NCBI GenBank assembly: GCA_965112155.1
Contig: OZ218102.1
DNA: 64,000 bases
DNA from: Podarcis liolepis
Lineage: Eukaryota
Direction: 5' to 3' (one strand)
Shown: positions 11,801 through 22,300 of the stretch, piece after piece
Layout of the letters: every line of letters begins with the position of its first letter
Numbering within the stretch: the stretch's first letter is position 1
Made by a program: the position numbers and the translations under genes
The notes under the pieces: model-generated
The model's input: the letters and a program-made list of their open reading frames with translations, nothing else
Databases searched by the model: none
What the model was told of the DNA's origin: nothing

Positions 11801-14302
11801 CGACTTGGATGATGGACTCAAGGGCATCCTGATCAAATTTGCAGATGACACCAAACTGGGAGGGGTGGCTAACACCCCAGAGGACAGGATCACACTTCAA
11901 AACGACCTTGACAGATTAGAGAACTGGGCAAAAACAAACAAGATGAATTTTAACAGGGAGAAATGTAAAGTATTGCACTTGGGCAAAAAAAATGAGAGGC
12001 ACAAATACAAGATGGGGGACACCTGGCTTGAGAGCAGTACATGTGAAAAGGATCTAGGAGTCTTGGTTGACCACAAACTTGACATGAGCCAACAGTGTGA
12101 CGCGGCAGCTAAAAAAGCCAATGCAATTCTGGGCTGCATCAATAGGAGTATAGCATCTAGATCAAGGGAAGTAATAGTGCCACTGTATTCTGCTCTGGTC
12201 AGACCACACCTGGAGTACTGTGTCCAGTTCTGGGCACCACAATTCAAGAAGGACACTGACAAACTGGAACATGTCCAGAGGAGGGCAACCAAAATGGTCA
12301 AGGCCTGGAAACGATGCCTTATGAGGAACGGCTAAGGGAGCTGGGCATGTTTAGCCTGGAGAAGAGGAGGTTAAGGGGTGATATGATAGCCATGTTCAAA
12401 TATATAAAAGGATGTCACATAGAGGAGGGAGAAAGGTTGTTTTCTGCTGCTCCAGAGAAGCGGACACGGAGCAATGGATCCAAACTACAAGAAAGAAGAT
12501 TCCACCTAAACATTAGGAAGAACTTCCTGACAGTAAGAGCTGTTCGACAGTGGAATTTGCTGCCAAGGAGTGTGGTGGAGTCTCCTACTTTGGAGGTCTT
12601 TAAGCAGAGGCTTGACAACCATATGTCAGGAGTGCTCTGATGGTGTTTCCTGCTTGGCAGGGGGTTGGACTCGATGGCCCTTGTGGTCTTTTCCAACTCT
12701 ATGATTCTATGATTCTAATTTTAAAAAACCTTGGGTTTAATATAAATTCTAGCAGCTGCAGCTGTAAATGATCTGAAATCTTCAAATGGGGAGAAAAATA
12801 ACAGCTAAGCCGAATGTGGTCAGGGTGTACTAATAGATCACTTGATGACTCACAGTAAATCAGCAAGTGTTTCTGACTGTTAACTGTTAAACAATATCAA
12901 CTGCAGTGACTATGTAGATTAGAAAAGATGGCAAATTATTTTTTAATGATAGTTGCTCAAAACAAATGAGGAAAAACTGAAGGTTTGCATCATTAGTGTA
13001 AATGCAGGCAGGAGTGTGACATCCCGGATAAAGCACGTGAAATGGTCATTATATGCTTAAGATAACTGTTGTTTCAATATGAGAAAGTTCCTGCAAGTGG
13101 TAACTTACTATTGCTCACTTTTAGTTTTTCTCACCATTGACACCTATAAGAGTTCACATTGACATTGGAGCAGATGGAAGAGCAACGGGAGAAGCTGATG
13201 TAGAATTTGTAACACACGAAGATGCAGTGACTGCCATGTTGAAAGATAAAAATCATATGCGTAAGTTATAGCAACCATTGGAGCTGTTGAAAGCTCAGGA
13301 TTGCTGCCTTTGTAGTTCATTGAATATCCAAGCTGCTTGCATATTTTAGTTTAGTTTTAATTTCCACTTAACAGCTGATTTTTCAAAAAAGCCAAGAAAG
13401 GAAGCAATCTTTCATGTTACATGAAATGCTAACATAGACAATCCAGTATCACTTCTTTTAGGATTAGCATGCCTGAGCTTTACACGTCTTAAGAATGTTG
13501 TTTAAAAGATTTGATTACATCAGAGTTTTTAAAGGAGTCTATACTTGCAAGTATTGAACAAGTTGTTCACGAAGCCACATCTGCTGACCTTTCAACCCTT
13601 TCTTGAGTATCCATTTGTATGGAAAGGTGCTATAGTCTATTCAGTGTGCCAGGCAGAAAGCACTTTGTAAATTACTCCCTTGCTGCATGTACATAATTAT
13701 GAATCCACATTAATTACCTTTTCAGTTATGGGTGTTTATTTCTTATGTTTGTTTGTTTGTTTTAAAGAACATCGATACATTGAGCTGTTTCTTAATTCAA
13801 CTGCTGGAGGTGGTTCTGGAATGGGAGGTTACGGCAGAGATGGAATGGGTATGCTTGATTTTACATTTTTAATTAAAACTTAAAAGATATCTAGCCTCTG
13901 GATATTCTAACAACAGTGAACATTTTTTCTAGATCAAGTTGGTTATGGTTCTGTTGGAAGAATGGGAATGGGCAGCAGTTACAGCGGAGGATATGGTACT
14001 CCTGATGGCTTGGGTGGCTATGGTAAGTCTTAAGTAGGTAGGCAAATGGTTTCTTTTTATAATGCAAAGGTTCATTGTCTTCTAAAGTATTTGTTAACAC
14101 GGGAACAAGAATGCTGTATCGTTTGCATGCACAGAAACCATATAGAGAAAGAGTTGCATGCTAATGATGAAGTTCATGTGTATTTCATTTTAAACAAATG
14201 TGGGGTAACTATTGTTACTTTCTAGGTCGTGGCAGTGGAAATAGCGGTGGATACTATGGACAAGGCAACATGGGAGGCGGTGGATGGCGTGGAATGTATT
14301 GA
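8714..14302 (+). CDS. HNRNPH3: Heterogeneous nuclear ribonucleoprotein H3 (two qRRMs plus Gly/Tyr-rich regions), about 341 aa
   Basis: join(8714-8828,[exon in N gap],10001-10185,10534-10620,11249-11364,13125-13260,13768-13848,13933-14022,14226-14302). All visible splice sites are GT/AG with consistent phases. Peptide [12 protein letters not shown]...[19 protein letters not shown]...[21 protein letters not shown]...GGWRGMY*. Confidence 0.97.
9291..9510. other. Assembly gap (220 N), predicted to contain HNRNPH3 coding exon 3
   Basis: Upstream exon ends in phase 1 and the next visible exon starts in phase 2. The qRRM segment (GLEIVPNGIT...KERIGHR in orthologs) is not found elsewhere in 8829-10000. 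Confidence 0.9.
10001..10185 (+). CDS. HNRNPH3: HNRNPH3 exon 4
   Basis: ttttactcag|ATATATTGAG; [21 protein letters not shown]...GGYDG; donor GTG|GTATGT. Confidence 0.95.
10534..10620 (+). CDS. HNRNPH3: HNRNPH3 exon 5
   Basis: cacag|GATATGG; [28 protein letters not shown]; GAG|GTAAGA. Confidence 0.95.
10824..11035. mobile_element. Tc1/mariner (Tigger-like) MITE
   Basis: Partial left TIR GGTACCTCGGTTTT and right TIR AAAACCGAGGTACCACTG; same TIR family as 15447, 22489, 37151 and 40811. Confidence 0.75.
11249..11364 (+). CDS. HNRNPH3: HNRNPH3 exon 6
   Basis: ttttag|GAATGGG; [38 protein letters not shown]; AAT|GTAAGC. Confidence 0.95.
11590..12716 (+). mobile_element. 5'-truncated CR1 LINE (RT C-terminal half plus 3' UTR) in HNRNPH3 intron 6
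   Basis: ORFs 11604-12335 and 12314-12640 contain [26 protein letters not shown] and [11 protein letters not shown]; single frameshift near 12300; CR1 3' UTR ending in (ATTCTATG)n. Confidence 0.97.
13125..13260 (+). CDS. HNRNPH3: HNRNPH3 exon 7
   Basis: ttttag|TTTTTCTCA; [45 protein letters not shown]; TGC|GTAAGT. Confidence 0.95.
13768..13848 (+). CDS. HNRNPH3: HNRNPH3 exon 8
   Basis: ttaaag|AACATCGA; [26 protein letters not shown]; TGG|GTATGC. Confidence 0.93.
13933..14022 (+). CDS. HNRNPH3: HNRNPH3 exon 9
   Basis: ttctag|ATCAAG; [29 protein letters not shown]; ATG|GTAAGT. Confidence 0.93.
14226..14302 (+). CDS. HNRNPH3: HNRNPH3 last coding exon
   Basis: ttctag|GTCGT; [27 protein letters not shown] at 14300-14302. 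Confidence 0.95.
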
Positions 14303-14502
14303 AGAGTGGCATTGTGTCTGTGAAGCATATTGGAAGGAAACAGTACCTGGTCTACTAGACTTTCTTACAAAACTTAATTTCTTTTGTATTGAAAACTTTA
14401 TAATGACTGAAGGAATGTGTTTTCCCATTATTTGGTAAGCAACAGATTGTGATGGGGAAATCTGTGTTCTGTAGGTTTTATTTGTTGCATACTCTGACTT
14501 TA

Positions 14503-14508
14503 AATAAA
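14503..14508 (+). terminator. HNRNPH3: HNRNPH3 polyadenylation signal (second AATAAA at 14647-14652)
   Basis: AATAAA 200 nt after the stop codon, followed by U/GU-rich sequence. Confidence 0.7.
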
Positions 14509-15446
14509 TTTTTTATATTCAAACCACTGATGTTGATACTTTTTATACTAGCTGCTCCTAAAAGTATGTTCCATATTCCAAAACTGTTCATTTAAGATAC
14601 TTGGTTCATTAAAGCAGTTATGCTGTAGGTTCTCTTATTGATGTAAAATAAAACCACCATCAAACTGGTACTAGTACATTTGTTGAGATTTGAAATGAAA
14701 GCATAGGGTAACTTCTTTTAATTAATCTGATACAATCCTCTTGTCAGTGAAGACTTCCCTTACCAGAATGTCCCAAGACTGTGCTGGGCATGAAGGCCAC
14801 GAGTTCAGGAATGACCTAATGCACAACTGCTATATAAAAACCCAGTTGATGTATGCATGTCACAAATCTCACCCTTAAAGTATGTTAGTCTTTATACTCC
14901 TCTCCTTGGCAATCACATTTTTGATGAGTGAACAAGAGAGTATTATTTTAGTAACATCCATAGAGAAGTAGGCACTATTTAATTTCCTAGAAATCTTAAA
15001 AGGCTACTCCTCTGGCTGAAGGCTCCTGTTTAAGGACTAAGAAACTTGCCCAGCAGTCAGACATAGAGACCTTGGCAAATTATGAGATTACACAAATATG
15101 TAGTCCTCTTACTGTGCATTAACATGTAAGATTTTTGGATTAATTACTGTTAAGACACTAAAGCATTCTCTGTGTATCAGGAAAGGGTACTAAATATTCA
15201 AGTTTTCTTCATTTCAACTGCTTGTCCTCCAAATTCTTCCCAATAATTTGTCAAATGTGATTATTGAAAGTTTGTTGCCTGTTTTTGATAGTAATGTTAT
15301 GTATGTAATAAATGTCTTATTGTGGGAGATAGCAAAATAGACTCCATTCTAGGAAGCGTGTGTTGTGTCAATTTATCTGAGATGTATATAAACTAAGGAG
15401 CAAGATGATGTATTTCAAAGGCTACTTTTTCACAGCTTTGCTTGTA

Positions 15447-15617
15447 CAGTGGTACCTCTAGATGCGAACAGGATCCGTTCTGGAGCCCCTTTCGCATCTA
15501 GAAGCAAACGTAACTAGTGACGGCACGTCTGAGCACACGCGCATAGCTTTTCGTTGCTTCTGCGCGTGACATCATTTTGAGCTCATCTTGAAGCACATTC
15601 AACCTGAGGTATGACTG
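15447..15617. mobile_element. Tc1/mariner (Tigger-like) MITE
   Basis: TA|CAGTGGTACCTC ... GAGGTATGACTG|TA: TIRs with TA target duplication. Confidence 0.85.
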
Positions 15618-16181
15618 TAAAGGCAGCACAGGAAGCTTTTTAGGTTTTGGCACATCTCAAAAACTCAAGTCATTGTTCACTTTAAAACATTCAAAGTTGT
15701 TTTTTTTACCAAGTTTGCTCTGCTACTGCAGTCTATGCTATTGCTATGCTGGAGCAGTGCTTTGCAGAAGCATGAATCAGATGTGGAGAGGCTGTTGCAT
15801 TAAAAGGAGATGGGTTAATAACAAGCAACGGTTAAACAAAAGTGGGGTGGGAAAGAGAATTGTTAACTAGTTCAATCAAAATGCTTAAATGGTGTGTCAG
15901 AGCCAGGATTTTTTCTCAGTATAGATGTTCACCCTAAATCAGCTGCGGGGAACCTTTGGCAGTTCAGTAAAATCTGTGGCCTTCCAGAAGTTTGTGGACT
16001 CCCAAATACCATCAGCTGTAGCCAACACAGCCAGTGATTAATGGAAATGTATACATAGGTCCTTATGATTAACTGACAATTATTCTAGGTATACTAGCTG
16101 CCTCAGAGTAACAGTAGTTACACACAAGATAAATAATGAACTCCGTATTCATTCTAAGGCCTGCTGAAAATTTCTCAAATA

Positions 16182-16187
16182 TTTAAT
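16182..16187 (-). terminator. RUFY2: Candidate distal RUFY2 polyadenylation signal (ATTAAA)
   Basis: Minus-strand ATTAAA preceded by several UGUA motifs in U-rich context. Other minus-strand AATAAA candidates at 17088, 17637 and 17908. Confidence 0.4.
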
Positions 16188-19100
16188 TTGTCCAAACCAC
16201 AAGATTACAAACATTCGTATTTAAAGTTACAAAAATGTCATGTTAAAACTTACAAAAGCTGTACTAGTCAAAAAATTATTGGCACACATGCACCATTGAT
16301 ATTGAAAGCTTGTTCTGAAATAGCTAAATCAGTAGTGGCAGGAATGATAGAAATTTTGTTGAAAAAAGGCAAGTCTAATCTCATCTCTGTTTCTACTAAG
16401 GTGAGTTAGTCTCATAGCCTCTTTGACCCAAACATCATGACAAAAACTGAGGATGAGCAGGTTATTAAGACGTTAAAAAAACCTGTCCATTAAGATCCCA
16501 GCAAGTAGTCAGTACATCACATCTGCCATACTAGTGCTAATTGGAATGGAAAAGTAACTTATGGTGGGTGCTGTGAGTTTGAAAATGGATTCTCAGTGCC
16601 ACTAAAATCTATGGGGTTTTTTGTGTGGAAGAAATAGTTCTAAAGTTAAAGCAAGAAAAGGCTATTTGATTATCTTAAATTTATGGTACTCATGCTAAGC
16701 ACTAAAATGTGTCAGTTCGGCACTGTTAGTGTATTTTTAATTTACCATTTGGTAAATATGGACAAACACTGGAAGAAAAGGAATTTCTGTCAAATAGAAC
16801 AGCTTTCTAGTATCAAAAACACAGGGCATTTCTTGCCTACCTTTTTTGTGGATGCATTCCAGTCTTGAAATACTATCAAATAGTTTGGAAATTAATAAAA
16901 CTTTGGGATTAGGCACAACATATTTCTCAATCTTATCAAATGGCCATAGGCTTCCATCTCTGAAACAGGTTAGCTAGAAGGCTGATGGAAAAGTTGCCCT
17001 TTTGAACTGAACATGTTAAATATATTCCAAGCTAACTGCAGTTTGAGTAAGTGGCTAGTAATCAGAACTTTGTAGTGTTGTGGTTCTTTTATTGTGCTTT
17101 CTGTACCTGATGGGAATTGAGAATAGGTTTAGGGTCAACTTTGAGGAATACCACTAGTATAGGACTAAACAGGCTGCATAGGAATCCTGTACGTTAACAA
17201 CTCTTATATGGCATACAAAAATTCAGCATACACAGTACACCTTCATGGTGAAATTTACAGCAGAGGGTACAGTATCAGCTGCTGAATTTCCCTATACATT
17301 GCTAAAGATACAGAAGTCGTTCCAAAGAAAGAAGATGAAGTATTTTCCTGGTGGGATACCTCTTCCCAGGTAAAGGCCTCCTGATGATCTTAAATTTGTG
17401 GTACTCAAGTGCTGAAGACACAAAAATGCCCCCTTTGCAGCTCAACAAGGCTACATGCTGTCACTGCCACCACCATTTCCTCTTTAGGCTTAGTTTTGTG
17501 CAGGGGTCTTATCTTGAAGATGAAAGAAAAATCTCAAAGGGTGAATTTAATGTTTTCCCTCTATTCCAGCTGTACCAGATATATATATCAAATCAAATGG
17601 CACAAATAATCCCATCCAGGGCTTGTATTGATGTGTTTTATTACATTTAGCACACAGGTTTGCTGTGCTTGTTAGTCTAACAAGTCATTTCCTGTCTCAA
17701 AGGTTAATGAGAATAGGTGGGTTTGCTTGTAAACAGAATTAGTAATTAGGCATAAGTATATAATATGCCCTTCAAGGCACAAATTCTACCTTGTTGTATG
17801 AAAAGCCTCCTTTAGGTTTCTGTGTGCATGTGAACTTACTAAGTACAGTCTCAAATTACAGTAACGTTCAGCTAGACTTGTTTTTAAAAGGAGTACTTAA
17901 AGCATTTTTTATTGTGTAGGTATTCTTAATTCAGCTTTAAGTTTTATGCCCTTTAGAAAATCATCTTATGTATACAGTGTAGTGTTATCAACTGAACTTC
18001 AGCAATACAAATCTCTTAATTACCCCAATTTTTCTGTATGTATCATTTCCTCACGCCCCAGCTTCAGGCAGTCTGGTGGAAATATGTAGAGAACTCTTAA
18101 CTTTGCTGATTTGTATTATTTTTCAGGCCATTTAGTTAAAAAAGATCTTATTTCTGACAGAGTAAAGAAAAAAGCAAGTATCAAGTTGGCCAGTTTCCTT
18201 TAACTACTCTTCCACGCAGTATTTATTTAGTACATTTTATAATTGCTGTTCTACAGCATTCCACGGGGATAACTAAAGAACTTCTTTCTGAAATCCCTAA
18301 CAAGTTTTATCATACCTGAACCTCAAAACAGAGGTTATGATGAAAGCACTACACACATTCTATGATCCCCCTCAGGATATTCTTTCCACTCCTCACCTGG
18401 CCTGTTTTCTGCTAGTTCCTCTTCAAAAGCCCTGTGCACAATATGCAAGTCAGGTAGTTTCTCTCAAAGTACTTAAAAGACCTGCCTGACAAAGTTCTTT
18501 CAGGAAGTCCAGTGATGCAAAAAACCTGCTTGCCTTCTCATTCTTCTAGCTAAGCTACCACATGCATATTGAAACTGCTGCACTAACAAGGCTGGAAACT
18601 TAATCTTATATCTAGGGATAATGTCCCAGAAAGCCAATTTATGTCACCAGAAGTATATGAAGTAGCTGCATTTACTTATATGTAATCTTCCCAATTCTGC
18701 ATTTAAATGGCTTTTGTGGGGAGGGCCATGAAACATACAAAGCTGCACAAGATGCTAAACTCAACTCACCACCCTTAAAAGCCCTGTCCAGCTCCTCTGA
18801 CTTCTAAGCTACAGTGTCCCCTGCCAACCTGTTCCCAAACTAAGAACCTTTTAAAAATAATCTGAAACTGCAAATCTCTGCACTTGGTCCTGGAATGGTC
18901 CATCTGCATGATAAAATGGCAAATGCTGGGAATACAAAACATTCTGCCTATATCCATTACGATGAACAATAAAGTGTGTTGCACAAGCAGATGCATTTGT
19001 AAAATCAGGCATATCAATTGCTGCATTAGCAGAACCTCACATAATATGACATGCTGCCACTGCAGGAATATCACAATGGCACAAAGATTTAAGATTGGCT

Positions 19101-19219
19101 GTTTAGATTTTGACAATACAAAAGCATTGGCCAGCGCTGCAGGAGTTTATACTGTAATGTTACAGCTCTTACCACTGTAGTGAAGTAACAACATTTTAGA
19201 AATCTTCTGTAGATGACTC

Positions 19220-19363
19220 TTATGGCACACTGGAAGAACACCTCTGTATGAGCAGCGCATGGCAGGAATCACAAACCCTTACAGGCTTTGGCGAAGATGG
19301 CAAAGGCAGTTCGTTGTCAGAGCAGGCATTACAGAAAATTTCGCCACAGTTTCTACAGTGATG
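19220..19363 (-). CDS. RUFY2: RUFY2 exon 18 (FYVE C-terminus, stop)
   Basis: [47 protein letters not shown]. Confidence 0.95.
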   Translation of the reverse strand, partial: HHCRNCGEIFCNACSDNELPLPSSPKPVRVCDSCHALLIQRCSSSVP

Positions 19364-22300
19364 CTAAATCAAGATGGGTAGGGGTGGGAAAAAGAAACCC
19401 GAAGGAGATTTTGAAATCAACAGTTTATGAAGTAAATAGAGGGTAATCAGCTACAATTAAACATTTACATACATCTATATATTTATTTCTCCCTCTCTCC
19501 CACACACCCTAGAAGCTAAATTTCCCATTTTATGTGAGGAGGTATCATGTCAGCCAGTGACTTGGCCATTATGAATGGAAAATAAGCAAGTTTAATGGTT
19601 ACCTGAACATTCTATTATTGGAGCAGAGTTTGTGCTATTTGTTGCAATATTTGTAACAACAAAAAGGATTTAGTTTGAACCAAATCTGTGGGGTTAACTA
19701 TGAAAATAGTATTTTTTTGTTTTTTTAACTGATAGTGATTGATGAGGTTTAGTGCACATGCATAAGAAATAATGTGAATATTAAGTATTGGTAAATAACA
19801 GAACTTGGATACAGAACTTGTTGTTAGTGGGTGAAAGCCAATGAAGCTTTTCATGCATTCTCACCTTCCTTCTGGAAAGCGAAAACTCCTTTTCACATAA
19901 TTTGCAGTGTGTAGCTTCTTTGTCCTTTAGCCAGACCTGTCCCTAATGGGGAGAAAAAATGTTCTCTGAATAGAACAGGTACCATATATACAATTTATCT
20001 AATCATAAATGACAGTTGCCATTCAGGTATACAAAAGGACAACATTCCTCAGGATAGTACAAGAGACAACTCATGTTAGTTCCAACTCCTTACCCAGCCT
20101 ACCATCAAGAAATCTCTCACATCAATGCATCTGTGGCCAACGCCCTGCACATTAGAGAGGATCCTAAGGAGCACAGTAGGACACACAGTTTAAGGCACTG
20201 AGCAGGATACCACATAACATGAGATGTAGATGCACACTGTATGGAAAGATGGGTATTGAGTGGATAAGACGTCTTTCAGGCAACTTGTCTGCCCTTGTAG
20301 ATCCTGCTGTCGTGGAACCCCAAAGGACAGAGTTTGAAACCTACCACTCCTAACAGTGCAATCCTATATATGACTACTCAGAAATAAGTCCTACTATTTT
20401 CAGGTTAATGGGTAGCAGAAAATTAAGCACAAGTGATTATCAAGATCACAAACTAAGCTAGCGCTAGAACAGAATAAAACTAGAATTTGGGAGCCTCCCT
20501 ACAATATTCTTGAAAGATGAGTTTGTGATTCTTCCTGTCTCTTAAAGCTGAAAATCACTAAAAAGTCATCTTACAGAGCACACCCTGACCATAAAAGGGG
20601 GGTGTCCCCAAGCCTGGAAATGTCAGCATAATACAGGAATTTTGTTGTAAATGGTAGGTGTAATCTATGGTGGCTAAATTCTGGCAGGCGACCTCGAGGC
20701 ACTGTAGCTGTGAATGATCCACCAGTAGTTCTGCTAGGACACAGGGCCTTTTTCAAGAGATTGTTTCAGTCTTGATACTCTTTGTTAGTAGTGGTGAAAG
20801 TGAAAATACTGACTGCTAGAGGCTGAAAGTGGGTCTGGCTATTGGATTGTGGCTTTCCAAAATATGTGAGAGTCTAAGGCTGTGGGTTACTGAGAAGAAA
20901 GGAGGAAGTCTGTAACTTTATAATTCTTATGGTCTCAAATTAAGCCCATCTTTCAGATTCAATAGCTGATACTGATATGAGAAAATAAAATAGAGAGTGG
21001 ACTCCACTTAGACCACTGGTCTTCAACTGATCAGGGTCACAGCCAGATCCAAGCTGGGTCACAACAGGCGCACTGCCACCAGATTAAGAAATGGGTCCCC
21101 AAATGCATGTTTGAGTTAGAAGAGGGTCCTGGGTCTGAAAAAGTTGAAGATACCTGACTTAGACTATGAAACACTGACATGTATTTTGTTGATGCATGAT
21201 GTATGTGGAATGATGTAGAGTTACATTCTAATTTACTGATTAAAACCACAAAAATTTATAGCTAGGAAATGAAGCACACCGACAGAATAAGACCCAGTGA
21301 AACTATAAATACTAATGGTTAATGGTTAAAATTTACACTATAATTTGAAAGGTTAACTACCCGTTAGCTTACAGATTGGAGTGAAGTATATAATACAGAA
21401 TGTCTGAAATGAATAGAAGAATTAGTCTGGATGCCCCTCCCCACCTTCCAAATTACTAACCTGCAATGTTTTATTTGCTTCTTTTATATCTTCTATTTTA
21501 AGCTTTGATCTAAAAAGAAGATATGTGAATAATAGTGTGAATAATTAAATGCACCTGTTTTCAGGGGGGGTAAATATAACTGGATTGAAGTGTGTAGAAG
21601 TCCACACTTCCTTCAACCCAACATGTATAGACATATACTCTTTCAACACAAACACCTTGCCTTTCTCCCCATTTTCTCCAACTTCCTTCACTTCTGCCTC
21701 CATGCACCTCCCTGTAAGGAAGAGGTGCTCAAGAGGGTAGTAAAAACTTACAGAAGGCCTTCATTTACAAGACAACTTATGTTTCACTGGTTCCCAATTT
21801 TCACACCTGGACCTCAAAAAACATTTCTGGAATTGAAATCTATCATTACTAGAAAAGTAAGTCATGTTCATTTCACATACCCCTATCCAGACACAGGACT
21901 CATGTGGGATCTATACCCATGTTGGGTAATGAAATACACAATCCCATATAAGCCCTGCATCTGTTTATGATTTGTAGATGAGAAAGGGAGGATACTTCCA
22001 ATGAGAAGCAGAGCCTTTACAGCAATTGGCTTTGGTTTTATCTCCCTGAAAGAGTCTAGAGCTGCTGTTCTTCAGTGGCTTTTCCGAGATGCAAAGAAAT
22101 CCTCTCTGTAAGAAACCTTGGCACTTACTTGCTAATGAAGGTCAAAGCCTTCGTTGGATGGTAAGAACTTCTGTTAACTGGTAAGAAAGGTTTTGTTTGG
22201 TGGCTTAGCCATTGGTAAAGTTGTAATCTGGCAGGGTTGTTTACGAGACACTGATGAAACAGAATATCCTTACAAGTGAAAAAAGGAGAAAACCTACACT

